64,000 nt of DNA. Origin: Eledone cirrhosa (taxonomy: Eukaryota). Below, in pieces: positions 42,154 to 57,050 of the stretch. Below the pieces are notes generated by a model, which had not been told where the DNA came from, did not search any database, and worked only from the letters and a program-made list of their open reading frames with translations. Where the stretch lies: positions 381,362,001-381,426,000 of the forward strand of contig OZ024741.1 in the NCBI GenBank assembly GCA_964016885.1, in the 5' to 3' direction. Both the position numbers and the translations under genes were made by a program. Each line of letters opens with the position of its first letter. Positions within the stretch are counted from its first letter, which is position 1.

Positions 42154-45100
42154 ATCAATATCTATAACAGGCAGGTTGTTGTGTGTGTGCACATGTTCCA
42201 TGTTTATACATTTGCACAATTTCAAACCGCTTCGATTCAGCGCCTGTAAGAAAGTTGTAAATGGTCTAACTTAGGTCAACGACTATTTATTTATTTCAAC
42301 CTCACCCACAACTACGGGAATAATCGATAAAACTAAATACATGACGCTTTAACCCTCTAATACAATCTGTGTAACTCCACCTAATTCCCTTACATACTGC
42401 AACCTTCTCTTATATACACTTATAAATCCACTCCTTAATAATTTCCTTCAGAGAGAGAGAGAAAAAAATAAAGGAATGTAGCCAGAGAGACAGAGACAGA
42501 GACCAACGTTAAATACATGACGCTTACATCTCTTATATACGTTTATAAACCCATTCCTTAATAATTTCACACAATTACATTTTGTGTATAACATATTTAC
42601 ACGTTTATTGAGTGAAACAAAAACACATAGGGATTTTGGGCCAAACAACCTCATATTGCTGACAGAAGCGCGCTTTAAACAAACTGTGAGTTATTTATTT
42701 GCCTCTGTAAGAATGTTGTAAATGGTCTAACTTAAGTCAACGACTATTTAATATATTTCAAAATCACACACACTTACGGAAATAATTTCCTATCTCTACT
42801 CAACATAAAAATCGAAAAAAAAAAATACATGCTCACACACAATTACATTTTGTGTATAACACATTTACACGTTTATTGAGTGAAAAAAACAAAACAAATA
42901 GGGATGTTTGGCCAAACAACTTCAAATTGCTGACAGAAGCGCGCTTTCAACAAACTGTGAGTTATTTATTTGCCGTTCGTTCTCCCAATTTTTCCCCTGC
43001 GGAACGCAGACAGTTTTCAGCATTATACTTTCAAAGGCAATTTTGCTGTACAAGTAACATTCACCCTTACTTTTTCACTTAAAATGCCACCTAAAAAGAG
43101 AAGTCGCCTCGGTCGCCGTATCGCGTCAGCGGCGGCGCAGAGGGCGATTACAGCAAATGAGCGGGTAATACGTCATTCCAAAAAAAAAACGCTTCTACTG
43201 CTACTTCCAGGGCTTCAGAGGGCCCGGATCAAAGGTCGACTCGCCTGAATAGAAACGCTGCTGCTTCTGCTGCTTCTAGGGCTTCAGAGGGCCCGGAACA
43301 AAGGGCGGCTCGACTGAATAGAAACGCTGCGGCTACTGCTGCTTCCAGGGCTTTGGAAGGTTTGGAACGGCGGACGAATCGCCTTGCTAGGAACTGCTAT
43401 GACTGCTTCCATGGCTTCTGAAGATGCAGACGGGCGCTCCATAAGGATTGCAAGGGTGGATTCTGCTACTGCTTCGAGAGCTTCCCACGACCCACAGGAG
43501 CAACATTCTACGTTGGAGCAGAACAGTCGACGACAAGAAGCTGCCTGCGGTGTGACGAGCGCCGATAGCCGATACTGGCACCTACGGGCTTTCAAGTATG
43601 AGCCCAACGTTAACTACTCGATGCGGGCTGACATAAATATAGGGGAAATGCGCTTCAATTCCAAATTCTGCATTGCTATGAAGTGGGCTGGGGAGCCACC
43701 TGCAATGTGCTGCTTAAACGGTAAGGTCAGCTTTCCCCCTCTTGGGAAACCACCAGAGCCTTTGCAGGAACTACTTACTGGTTCTACCTCAAGGTCATCC
43801 AAATTCCTTCAACTCATCAGGAAGTACAATTGTGCGTTTCAAATGACTTCTTTCGGGGCTAACGTTGTCAGAGAAAGTGATGGGATGCCTACTTTCAAGG
43901 CCCAGGGGCAGGTGTACCATCTTATTGGGTCGCTCCAGCCACTACAAAACTGAAAGCCTTCGTTCCTTCAAATTTACTTCATTTCTAATTACAGTAGGCA
44001 ATTTGATGCGCGGTTCGGCGTTATTCGAACACCTGCAAACACTGACGCTGACACTTTTGAAAGGGACGTGCTGCTCGGTCTTCAAAACATGCTTCATGAA
44101 CACAACAGTTATATTCGCAGTTTCAAATACGCATTGGAAATAAATCATTCACCAAACTTCACCATTGTCATCGATGCTGACAAAAGACCTTCTGGGGACC
44201 ACGCATGCCGTTATAACGCTCCTTCGTGCAATGAAGTGACCGTAGTAATCCATGCTGAACAGCACAATAAGCGAGACATAGTTCTTCAAAGTCGTGACAG
44301 TGGTCTTCGACATATTAATGAGACGCATTGTTTATACGACGCCCTGCAGTATCCCCTTCTTTTTGCATACGGAGAAGACGGATACCATTTCGGCATTCCT
44401 CATCGCAAACCAAACGATCCCACTGTGGCGACATCTAAAACTGTTTCATGCATGGCTTTATACTCATACCGCTTCATGACGAGGCCTAACGATTTCAGCA
44501 CCCTGCACAGGTCACGGGAACTGTTTCACCAGTTTGCAGTTGACATGGCTGCAAAGATGGAGTCGGAGAGACTGTGCTTCATAAAATTGAATCAGAAGCA
44601 GCTGCGCTCAGACTCCTACATCCATTTGCGTGACGGCATCAGGAATGACACTGACCCCTGGAACATCGGCAAACTGTGCATTCTCCCCTCAACCTATACG
44701 GGGGAGCCGCGGTACATGCACGAGCGAACACAGGACGCTATGACCTTCGTTCGGCATTATGGGCGCCCCGATTTATTCATCACGTTTACGTGTAAACCCA
44801 AATGGGTTGAGGTTACGCGGGAACTTATCCCAGGGCAGCAGTACTGCCATCAGCATGATAATATTGCCAGGGTTTTCAGGCAGAAGCTGGCTAAGCTAAT
44901 TGATCTAATAAAAAAAGGGAAGGTTTTCGGGCCTGTTAGGTGCCACATGTATACTGTTGAGTGGCAGAAGAGAGGGTAGCCACACGCGCACATTTTGGTT
45001 TGGTTGGTCACCAAAATAGACCCTACAGTTATAGATGACGTCATCGCAGCGGAAATACCGGACCCCGTTGTTGACCGGGAGCTGTACGACATTGTGAAGG

Positions 45101-47790
45101 CACACATGGTGCACGGTCAATGCGGTCCCGGTTTTCAAGAGTTCTCTTCATGCCACAAGGACCATGTGTGCACTAAACGATACCCAAAGAGGTTTGTTGA
45201 GGAGACCCAGACCGGTGGCGACGGATACCCACTGTACAGACGAAGGCGGCCTGAGAACGGTGGATTCACTATGACGTTACGGGGTCATCAAGTTGATAAT
45301 AGGTGGGTGGTCCCGTACTGTCCATTTCTGATGAAAACTTTCAACGCTCATATAAATGTGGAGTTCTGTCATTCAGTGAAGTCGATAAAGTACATATGTA
45401 AATATGTTAACAAGGGTTCCGACGATGCCATATTCGGCCTTCAAAACGACAATAGCAGGGATGAGGTCACGGAGTACTTGGCAGGTCGATATATCAGCAG
45501 TGGTGAAGCTTTTTGGCGGATATTCGGGTTTCCACTTCAGCAAAGGCATCCCGCCATCATACAACTAGCGGTTCATTTGGAAAACGGCCAGCGGGCTTAC
45601 TTTACTGAACAGACTGCTGCTCATTTGGCGGCCAATCCAAAAGAAAGAACTTTGACTGTTTTTTTTACGCTTTGCCAACTTGACACATTTGCAAAAACAC
45701 TTTCATATCCTCAGGTCCCGTCCTACTACGTGTGGTCAAACAACACTTGGGTGCGTAGGAAGTCAGGTCAGGATGTTGAAGGACATGCTGGTGTCAATTT
45801 TGACAGTTGTCTAGGAAGAGTGTACACTGTACCTCCCAACCCGCATGAGTGTTTTCACCTCCGCCTTCTCCTCCATGATGTTTTTGGCCCACAAAGCTTT
45901 CGAGACATAAGAACTGTTGACGGTGAATTATGTGATACTTTCCGAGAAGCCTGCTTTAGGCGTTGCCTTTTGGAGGATGATTCACAATGGGGCGCCATTA
46001 TGGCAGAGGGTATTTTGTTGAAATCTCCTAAAAGACTAAGATCGTTTTTCGCTATTCTACTCCTATGGTGCGACTTGGGTTATCCGGCCTCTTTATGGCT
46101 TAGCTACAAAGATTACATGTCTGAAGATTTCCGGCGTCACGTTCAGTTGCTAAACCCATCAATGGAGGTCGTGTACAGTGCTCATTCACAACAGGGTGGT
46201 GCTTGAAATCGAAGATACTGTTCTCGATATGGGCGGTAGTGCGTGGGCGGTGTATGGCCTACCTTCAACAAAATGGGACGGCGCAAACACTCTGTCTTCG
46301 GATTTGCTGCGTGAGACATCTTATAATGTTGACGAGCTTGCCCAGTACATAGAGGAGAATGAACCAAATCTCCTTCCAGAACAGAAATTCGCTTACAACT
46401 CCGTTGTTAATTCTGTCCGGGACAAAGCTGGGGGGATTTTTTTCTTGGACGCTCCTGGTAAAACTTTTGTCACCAAATTAATATTAGCTAAGATTAGGCG
46501 AACAGAAGGCATTGCCTTAGCTGTGGCATCATCTGGAATTGCGGGTCATTTGTTGCCGGGCGGCAGGACAGCTCACTCCTATTTCAAGCTCCCGCTTGAC
46601 TTTGCGAAGAGAGAGACACCCACTTGCAACATCAGTAAGAGCCTCGATCAGGCAGAAGTGTTCAGACGATGCAAGCTTATCGTTTGGGACGAATGCACGA
46701 TGGCCCACAGAGGTGCTCTTCAGGCGCTCGATAGAACCGAGAGACATCAAAGAGACCACGGCTCCAATGGGAGGCATAACACTTCTTCTTTCAGGGGACT
46801 TCAGGCAAACGCTTCCTGTTATTCCCAAGGAGACTAGAGCTGATGCAGTACGTGCGTGTCTTAAGTCATCCGCATTGTGGCCCCTGGTGAAGACTCTGAA
46901 ACTTCACACTAACATGCGTGCTCATATGCGAGGTGATATCACATCAGCAGCATTTTCTCACACCCTGCTTGCACTTGGCGAAGGCAAAACGCCCGGGGAT
47001 GAAAAGGGTAATGTTGCCATCGACTCACTTTATACCGTTGTTAGTACGCCTTCTGATCTCAGGGATGCAGTGTTCCCAGCTCTCCAAGCAAATTATCAGA
47101 ATATGGATTGGCTTGCCCAAAGGGCTATCTGACCCCCGAGGAATAAAACTGTTAACCATATTAATGATCAAATGCTAAAACTCATTCCTGGGGATGGCTA
47201 TGTATATATGTCTATCGATAGAACTCCTGACCCCGAGGACGTCATTACCTATCCAATAGAGGTACTAAATTCCTTTGAGCCCCCCGGATTACCCCCACAC
47301 ATTTTGAAACTTAAAGTTGGTGCTCCTATAATGCTCATTCGAAATTTGGTTCCGCCGAAACAATGCAATGGCACACGTTTGGTCGTTAAGTCCTTAGCTC
47401 CCAATCTGATTGAGGCCAGGATAATCACAGGGTGCGGTCGGGGCAAGGTTGTGCTCATACTGAGGATGCATCTTTTCCCATCAGGAGCAGACCTACCTTT
47501 CTCATTTCGGAGGTCCCATAACCCGGTCAGTCCATGCTTCGCATAGTCAATTAACGAAGCGCAGGGACAAACACCGTCTGTCGCGGGAATACATTTGGGG
47601 GAGCCGTGTTTCTCTCATGGTCAGCTTTACGTTGGCTCCTCGCATGTCGGCAGCAAGAGTTATGATTTCGCGTTCGGTCCGCAAGGAAAAGCAAAAAACA
47701 TTGTGTACAAGGAGGTTTTATAGGATTACCTTGATTCCTAATTTTATAACTTTTTTATTTTTTTATTTTTTGCCTTTTCGTGAGTACTTT
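42154..47790 (+). mobile_element. Decayed autonomous Helitron (3' terminus not identified)
   Basis: RepHel pseudogene. Putative 5' TC after (TA)n at ~42154. Internal duplications 42244-42330/42704-42790 and 42563-42703/42834-42975. Confidence 0.8.
43084..47723 (+). pseudogene. Helitron Rep/Helicase (HUH-Y2 Rep + Pif1-like SF1 helicase), multiple stops and frameshifts
   Basis: CCLNGKV, IRKYNCAFQMTSFG, PDLFITFTC, VEWQKRG*PHAHIL, KYICKYVNKG, FLDAPG-KTF (Walker A with deletion), LIVWDECTM, GDFRQTLP, CNGTRL, INEAQGQT and FSHGQLYV. Confidence 0.95.
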
Positions 47791-48171
47791 CTAAGTAGGT
47801 TAACCTTCACTGCATTGCACTGGACACTACCTACCATCTGCCGTACAAAGGCTGATTCTTGCGGCATTACAAAGCTTCATTGCAACTCCGACCCTACTCA
47901 AATATCAGCTGTTGCTCCTCACCAACCCCGTTTGGTGGGCCTCGGAGGACCGTGGACAGGTTAGTATTTCACCTCCGTACGACTCTCAATGCTTTAATGA
48001 CGGGATTTACATTTTTAGGCGGTTCCCTGCAATTACTTCACACTTTACCAACACCTGGCCTCCGCTCAGCTCTATTTCCCTCCCTCCGTCGGCATAGCTG
48101 CAGGCTCATCTTCTACGTCCGACGTACATGATGCACCAACTATAATATGACCCCACTTCCTCTTTTTTGGT

Positions 48172-48566
<395 letters not shown>

Positions 48567-48615
48567 CACACATGCATACATGTATGTATATACATATTTA
48601 CCACAATATTAGAGG

Positions 48616-48798
48616 TCCGTGGACTGGCAGTATCGTTAGAGGGTCGGACGTCATGCTTTGCAGCAAAACTTACGGCCCTTTATGGAGTTCAAATGCCGCC
48701 GAGATTAACTTTGCCTTTCACCCTTACGGGGTCGATAAAATAATGTACCAGTAATACACTGGGATAGCTGCTGGCCTTGTGCCAAAGGTAGAAACAAT
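48616..48798 (+). mobile_element. tRNA-derived SINE
   Basis: Same family as 17359-17540. Flanking direct repeat TATTAGAGG at 48607 and 48799. Confidence 0.9.
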
Positions 48799-49007
48799 TA
48801 TTAGAGGGCCGTTGACTCCTATGAGTTCTTCGGCCTTTGTCAGGTTCTGTTTTTCTTTCCTGCAGGATGTCCAAAATCGTACTCCTCACCAAGTAAGTTG
48901 GTGGGGTTGCCGGTTTAGTCACCGACGACCCGACCGTGTGACAGGTTATACTGGGTTACATGTTACCAGTTCCACTCAAGAGTGACCCGCTATACATACA
49001 TACATAC

Positions 49008-49108
<101 letters not shown>

Positions 49109-51697
49109 TAGTGGAATGCTTATTTGTGTCCGAGTACGGTCAAATCTTAGAACGAAGAAAATAAAAAAATACATATTGACAAAAATGTATTATTCATATT
49201 GCTGTCGCTGATGCCGCCTAAGATAGCTGAAGAAGAGTCTTACATTCCATGCAATACAGTGTGCAGTTATGTTTCCCACCTTCTTGAGATATGTTGGCAT
49301 GGTACGCCTTGTGGTGCCGTGTTAGACGACTTTCAGACCGACACATTTTACTGCAGATTCCACATGCAAAATCAAAGGGTTATTTCTATGAGTATGACGT
49401 CTGATATGGTTTAATAGACCAGCCTTTGACATACATACACGTCCGCACTACCCTCAGGTAAGGATTTCTCTCAAACCTTGCTCTGGGAGCGGATTAACAA
49501 CCCACATATATTTAACTGCTAAATATATGTGGGATGTTATTTGGTATAGGCCCTCTACTTCTTTTCAAATTCCTCAACTCTGGCAGAAATGAGATTACGC
49601 CGCTGGGATATATCGGTTGCAACATTTCCACCTATTTCTGTGTTGATGTTAATTTGATTCAAACTATCATCCAGGCAGTCTTTGAAACGCTCTGTCAGCA
49701 TTTCAGAGAGATTCGGCTAACCTCACTTCTATGTATGTAAAGTGTATTATAAAAATATAATAATTATGATATGCATCGTGTTCAAATATATCAGAGCCTA
49801 ACCCTGTACTTTTCCGTGGTGTGTATCTGACTCTGTTCAAACAATATAGTGCATCTAAATTCACTCCTTTGCCACTCCTCTATGAAAGTAAAAATACCAA
49901 AATTACACAATGAATTTATATATGAAAGCAATCAGTGTATATAATTTAATCTCACAAATACTAATGTATTTTTGTTTGTGTGTTTATTTGTATATACGAT
50001 TGTTTGTGTGCGTGTGAAAGCCCTGTTTGCAAAATATGCGTGCTATAATGTTTTTCGATTAATATATATGTCAGCTGTTGTTTATTCTTTTTTATGAATC
50101 ACTCTCAGCTACTTAGAAGGAACACACTGTAAATACAAGCATAGAATGAATATGGGGAATAATAGCACCTCACTGTGAAACCATCATAGTTTCGATTGCC
50201 ATTAGATGTGTCGGTATTGTCCATCTTGTAGCCATTAACAATCTGCTTTGTGTTTCACAACATTTTAATATTAGAAACATACACCTACTGTTATTCTTTT
50301 GTTGGTATTGAAATTAGCCACTTAATAAAGATGATATCATCAAGTAAATTATTCCTGGGAGTAGTTATTTTGAGGATTCCTTTTTCAATATTGGCACTCC
50401 ATAAGTCTCGCGCTTTGAAGTAAATGTGATATAGATCATTAAGTAAGCGAAACATTGACTGAAAAATCTATTGTGTTAGCACCTGTGAAAGCAGCTGTTG
50501 AATGGAAATAGAAACATTCAAATTATACATGTTCGCTCATGTAGAAACATTTATGTATAATCGTATACCCACCTTCAATGTTACTTAATTGCGTTATTGG
50601 TGACGTCCTGATACTGTTAGCGCTGATGAGCCGCTATGGTATAGATTGTTGTGCTTAAACATACGAATGTTTTTCTACTCTTTGAATACCATGATTTCCT
50701 TAATTTGTCTGCTGTTAGTACTGATAATGAACAGAAGTTTATAACATAGTTTCATGAACGTATTATGTAAATTAAGCAGGCTATTTCAATTAAATTCTAG
50801 TTTGTATTGGAGATAAATATTGATTGCTATAACGTTTCTAGGTAGGCAGACGTGTACGATTATTAACCTCCGGTAGTATAACTAGAATGCAGTGAAATAC
50901 TGAAAGGCAATATCTCCCGTTGTCTGTGTGCGTAGAGAATAATCAAAATCTGTTTACACGTCAACATTTCACTGCGAGGCGTATATTTTAAAACTGTAGC
51001 TGTATAAACATTCGATTTATCTTAGATCGTCTAATATACGCTGTGTTGTGCACAAACACATTAGCTGTAGGGAATGTATAATGGGAATAAGACCAGAACA
51101 ACGCTGTTACATCAGTATTATCGATATCTGCTGTGACATGTTTAACAATAATGACCTTTGCAAATTAATCCATTAATTTCACGGTACATTGCAATTATCA
51201 AAGGCTCAATTCGAACAATAGTTAATACCATAGCTTGCTACAAAAATGCAATTAAAACATGCTTTGTGAATATTTCTAATTTATTTTAATATTCAGTTAG
51301 TTATGATGTACGTTTGCTTGAAATCATCAGTCACATATACATTCTGACGCTGAAGAATGCACTCTATCACATCTAGATTAAGATATTTATGTTATACCCA
51401 CTGCACTGGGATTCAACTTTTCATTAAGTTATATACGTTTTTAATTGTTGCCAATACTTTCCATAAGGATATTTGCACGCGTTTGTGACATTTTAAAGAG
51501 AATCGCGTAAAACACGTGCTATGACTGTCGCAGACAATAAACTGATTCTAAATTGCCCGAGATAAACCACCAAGGAGCATCTGAGATCACTCCCACTTGT
51601 TGATATTTCCACAAAATAACTTTGCATGTCCAAAGACGTTTTCTTAAATATTCCATCGGGTTTAATTTTGGATGTTTGTTGACTCCGAATTACAGAT

Positions 51698-51882
51698 ATA
51701 ATTGTTTCTACCTTTGGCACAAGGCCAGCAATTATCCCAGTACATTACTGATACTTTATTTTATCGACCCCATAAGGATGAAAGGCAAAGTTAACCTCGG
51801 CAGGATTTGAACTCAGAATGACAAGGGCCGTAACTCTATGCGTCAAAGCATGGCGTCCGACCCTCTACCGATACTGCCAATC
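51698..51882 (-). mobile_element. tRNA-derived SINE
   Basis: Same family as 17359-17540. Confidence 0.9.
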
Positions 51883-52235
51883 TAAATGTTATCAATTATA
51901 ATTTTATGTATATATGCGCAGATGCATAATCATGTATTCGCGCATACATACATACACACTAACACATCTACATGCATACAGAAATACCCTCTTCCGTCAC
52001 GAATAACCAAGAGTTTTGCACATAGAGAGTTATCCTGCAAGGCACAATATTGGAAAAGTTGTTTTTGCAGTTGCCCATGCATGTCAGCCTCTCCTCCCAA
52101 CGCCAAAGATGTGTCCAAAGCAACAGCAGAGGCCGATAGAGCGTGACAGCACAGACCTCACAATTCAATTCGATGTTAGATACCGACTCACTCACCATTT
52201 GTAAAAATGTATAAAATTATAAAACCAGAATAACA

Positions 52236-52917
52236 TACATGCATACATAGTGGCTGCCAACTCGTTTTCGAGTACGGCCACTACTTTATATCCATGTAGG
52301 AGAACTCCTACCGATGCGCTGAACGAGTGTGACATTTTAGTCCAGCTAGCTACTTGAAAACTCTGGTACAAACACTACACCTGTGACAATTATTGACACA
52401 TAGTGCTGGGCCCATGGTTCCATGTGACGACAAGTGCAGAGAGATCTCCAGATATAAAGCAATGCCTGTGCCGTGAAGCTTTTATAGTGAGCAAAGGCAC
52501 TGCACAAAGCCAGTCCCACTCTCTTAACCAAGATGATATTTACCAAAAAGAAGAACAAGTCAACATCATTGGATACCATCAGGGTTGCAGGTGTTATATC
52601 AGAGTTTTCCTTCTCCTAGAATTCTGCCTTTACAAAGGCTAAGGGGTCATCTCTCCCGGTGATTTTGGATGGCCATTGACTCTTTGACAGGTTTTGTTTT
52701 TAGTCCTGCAGGATGTCCAAAGTCACCCTCCTCACCAAGAAACCTTGGTGGGGTTGCCAGTTTAGTCGCCAACGACCCGACCATGAGACAGGTTGTACTG
52801 GATTACATGTTACCAGTAGCACCAACTGGTGACCTGACATAACATGCATACATAGCTACATACATACATACATACATACATACATACATACATACATACA
52901 TACATACATACATACAT

Positions 52918-52949
<32 letters not shown>

Positions 52950-53388
52950 TCCCACAAATCCACACATACATACATACATGGTGGCTGCCAACTCGTTTTC
53001 GAGTACGGCCACTACTTTATATCCATGTAGGAGAACCCCTACCAATGCGCTGAACGACTGTGACTTTTTAGTCCAGCCGGCGACTTGAAAACTCTGGTAC
53101 AAACACTACACTTGTGACAACTATTGACACATAGTGCTGGGCCCATGGTACCATGTGACGACAAGTGCAGAGAGATCTCCAGATATAAAGTAATCCCTGT
53201 GCCGTGAAGCTTTTATAGTGAGCAAAGGCACTGCACAAAGCCAGTCCCACTCTCTTAACCAAGATGATATTTACCAAAAAGAAGAACAAGTCAACATCAT
53301 TGGATACCATCAGCGTTGCAGGTGTTATATCAGAGTTTTCCTTCTCCTAGAATTCTGCCTTGACAAAGGCTAAGGGGTCATCTCTCCC
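52236..53388. repeat. ~410 bp direct repeat (52236-52657 / 52970-53388) anchored on (CATA)n tracts
   Basis: GTGGCTGCCAACTCGTTTTCGAGTACGG..GGCTAAGGGGTCATCTCTCCC occurs twice. The spacer 52680-52840 is homologous to 48830-48990. Confidence 0.85.
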
Positions 53389-54612
53389 ATACATACATAC
53401 ATACATACAGACATACATACATACATACATATAACATACATACATACCTACATGCATATATATATACATTTTTACATACATGTCCGTGCGAATATATATA
53501 AAGGTCGAATAGCCAAGATGAAAATGATTAGCCAATTTATTATTCTGACATATGTGTGTATAAGATACAAAGATAGAGAGAAACAATATGAGGGAAACAA
53601 TAATAATTAAAAAAAACTGCTTCAACATCCAATAAGAGCTGTCTCCTGAAGAGACATTGCTTGTAAAGTGCTGGAAGATAGATTAATTCAGTTGTTGACT
53701 CAGCATCGAAATGTAAGAAGTCAGTTGTTAGGCAGCAGTTAGTTACAATATATAATATATACATATTAATATATGTTTGTTTTGCAAATGTGTCTGCGGG
53801 ATTTTTATGGTATCAATAAACATCAACCCCTTCTTTTCCTGATAATATTTTGACATTGAGCATTTAGAACGTTTTTAATAATTATTTACCAAACTACACC
53901 TTGGTTTTAATACTTTAACCACAACATATGTCTCTATCATCTATGCCTACAGACTCACCTTACCCAATACTAGACAATAAATTAGAAGCAGTCATGCAAA
54001 TACTTCCCTCAGACGAGACAATGTGCCAAGGTCCCAAGTGTTTATTCTTAAAATTCTAAATATGGCAATGCTAGTCTTAATATTAGCTGTCTGTGTTCAT
54101 TCAGTGTATTAAACTTAGCTATGATCAACAACACGGAAATAATGATATAAGAACATTCCTACAAGAAAATTAAATTAGTCTTGTTTGAAGATCTTGGCTG
54201 AAATGTTGCCGTATCCAATACTCAACATCAAAATAAATTTTACAGAGTAATCGATTAATTGACTTGCCAAGATCTCCGAATATTTTCAGAAGAAACGGTG
54301 GGTCTAGTTTTTCATTTGTCATTATGTCAATTTCGTCCTCAATTTATTTTTTCATTTTATATCATTTTTACATCTTTTTCAAACGAGATAAAATATTGAA
54401 ATTATTTCTCATGATGTAATTTAATGAAACAGGAATAATTAAATCCTATACATGATATAAGTTCCATTTGTATATTTGTATTTTGTTATCGTCGACAAGA
54501 TTAAGAGGTTTCCAGTCAGATTTGAATCATTGATAAATACAAGCATTCTGCTGAAGCAATGAAAGTGTTCATGATAATATATCAATATCCCACACAAATG
54601 ATTATCGATATA

Positions 54613-55395
54613 TCTAAAACTGTATGTCTGTCTGTCTGACTCCCTAAATCTCGAGAACTACCCAACCGATGTTTTTGAAACTTTACACATGTAATACTTA
54701 TGGTCGTGTGAGTGTTTTGAGCAAACTATCTTTCAAATTTTCAATGCCCTAGAGACCGCATTAGATTGCTATAACGTGGCGCCCTTATAATATCTGTCTG
54801 TATGTCTTGCTGTCTGCATTACGACATTATGACACTATCTGTGTGTGTGTATATATATAGTGTGTAACGTTTTTCGAAATATTTACTTCTGTGTTCACAG
54901 ATTGATTTTTTTAGTTTCAGAAGATCCCGTTAAGGGTGAAAGCAGCGATTCTTCGCTTAAACATTAATCTGTTATTTTAATATATATATATAATTATACA
55001 TTCGTGTACAGATATTTTTGCATACACAGTAACAAAATATAAACATACGTATTTATTTCACGAGGCTCGATAAGGATAAATATATATCAAATATATGTGA
55101 ACCCTAAAGCAAATATTGTTCTCATTGCTGACGAGGCAGACGGGGATATACACGACTGCCTGATGAAGGACGAGACTGTGTTAGTAGTACGACCAACGGC
55201 TGCTATCACACCAACAGCAGCAAAAACAACAACAAAAAAGAGAGGGAAAGCAATTACATGCTTTTGAAAAATCTTAATGGAAAATTATTTGCCTATACAC
55301 CTAAGGTGAAAATACGACGAAACTGTTTCACATAGGAGGGATAAACATGCCAATCTATGTTTAGAATCCCGAGCAACGCCGGGCCATTCTGCTAG
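54613..55395 (+). mobile_element. Non-autonomous Helitron
   Basis: 5' TC with (GTCT)n subterminal tract. 3' hairpin CCCG-AGCAACGC-CGGG, then CTAG followed by T. Confidence 0.8.
54898..54971 (+). ncRNA. Type I hammerhead ribozyme, variant core CAGAAGA (diverged pLTR fragment inside the Helitron)
   Basis: AGTTT-CAGAAGA-TCCCGTTAAGGGT-GAAA-GCAGCGATTCTTCGC-TT-AAAC. Confidence 0.6.
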
Positions 55396-55439
55396 TATAA
55401 TCTAAAAAGCTTCGATCAACACTGTCAATGTACGCTCTC

Positions 55440-57050
55440 TTTCTCCTGCTTCCTTTCAACGTACTGAATATCCATAAAAAGAACTGGGATGCTCAGAAAA
55501 TGTTATGGGGCTTATACGTTCATTGTCGCGTGACATGAAAGTGGGGTCTTGCGTCAACTGTGAAAACCTTTATCGGACGTGAAAATGGGTGAATTGGACG
55601 CTCCGATTTTGTTTCCTTTTTTTATCGTTTGCATTGGTAAATACGTTATTTAACAATTGGAACATATATATATATACGTTATCTACAAACAGGAAGTTTA
55701 TTCAAAAGGCCGATGAATCGTTTGCTGCACCTAAAATATATATTGCACGGATACGTGAACTTTATGCAGGCGACTATGATCTTGTTAGCTATACGGAAGA
55801 AGACCATCAACTCATGATGGGCTTCTTCCCCGCAGCCTGTGATGCGTTTCGGATAACAAAAGTCTGCAACACAAAGCATGTATCCGGAAAAAAACATATA
55901 TTTCTTCATTAATTTTGTCAAAATATACATATGCAAGTTTGTGGATAAGTTCTTCTACCTAGGTAGATGAAGGGTTAAGCAACCGGCTGTGTAAAGCTTC
56001 AGATGCTTTTGGTAAGCTGGTGAAACATCTGTATTCACATCTAGATATGAGTGTATGCACGAAAGTTGAAGTGTATTACACAACTGTGTTTATAGCCTTG
56101 TTATATGGATATATGACTAGGACAAGTTACTGTGGGTATATCCAGCACCTCAAACGTTTCCACCAACAATGGTTGCCCTCCATCCTCAACATCCCATGGA
56201 TGTATCATACATCAGATATCGATGTGCTGCAACAGGCCTGCCTGTCAATCATCGATACCATGATCATTAAATAGCATCTATGATGGCTAGGCTTCATAGT
56301 AATTGATAAAGGACAACAGGTTCAGAAATCAAGTATTTTATGGAGATCTGTTGCAAAGCAAACGCCTGCAGTGCAAGCTACACGAGCTCTTTAAAAACTG
56401 CTTAAAGATGCCCTGAAAAGGTCAACATGAACACCGAAACATTGGAGAATTTTGCATTAGACTGTGGCGTAATCTGTGGCATAATCTGTGGCGTAATCTG
56501 ATCGAGAAATGTTTAAGGAATTTGAAAGATTGAGGGCCTTCTTCACAATGAAGTGAGCAGCTAAATATATGGGTAATGTTATTCCGTTCCCAGATGGGGA
56601 TTTGAAAGAAACCCTTACCGGTGAGCAATGCTGAGCTACTAAGCCATATCACACGTCACACACGTGGCAATAACACCTCTGAGTACACTATACACCTTCA
56701 ATTTACTTGTGGCATCTCTACCAAAATGTATCACTTTGCATGTGGTCTTACAAGGCACCACAACGCTTGACACGCCAACAAACCCCGGCAAGAAGGAAAC
56801 ATACCTACACAAATTGTCGTATAGCATGTAAGTCACTTCTTCGTATGATGGGAATATGTAAGGCGGCATCGAAGAGGAGAACATCAATAACACGTTTTTG
56901 CCAATCACCATTTTTTTCCTCCAAGGGATTGGCCGTCCTCGGTCTGGGGTTGTCTTCTATTATGTATGTATGTATATATGTATGTATGTATTTATTTATT
57001 TTTAGATCATTGGCTGAGCTAAAAAGCCACATTCGATCGCAGCGTTGTTA
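55440..57050 (+). mobile_element. Old RTE-clade LINE remnant
   Basis: IRELYAGDYDLV, TKVEVYY..LLYGY..HLKRFHQQWL..ILNI and FRSLAELKSHIRS parallel the element at 13020-14090. Confidence 0.75.

Noticed and set aside
55130-55175. CTGACGA-GGCAG..CTGCC-TGATGA
   Set aside because: A hairpin follows the core but there is no GAAA, stem III or stem I.
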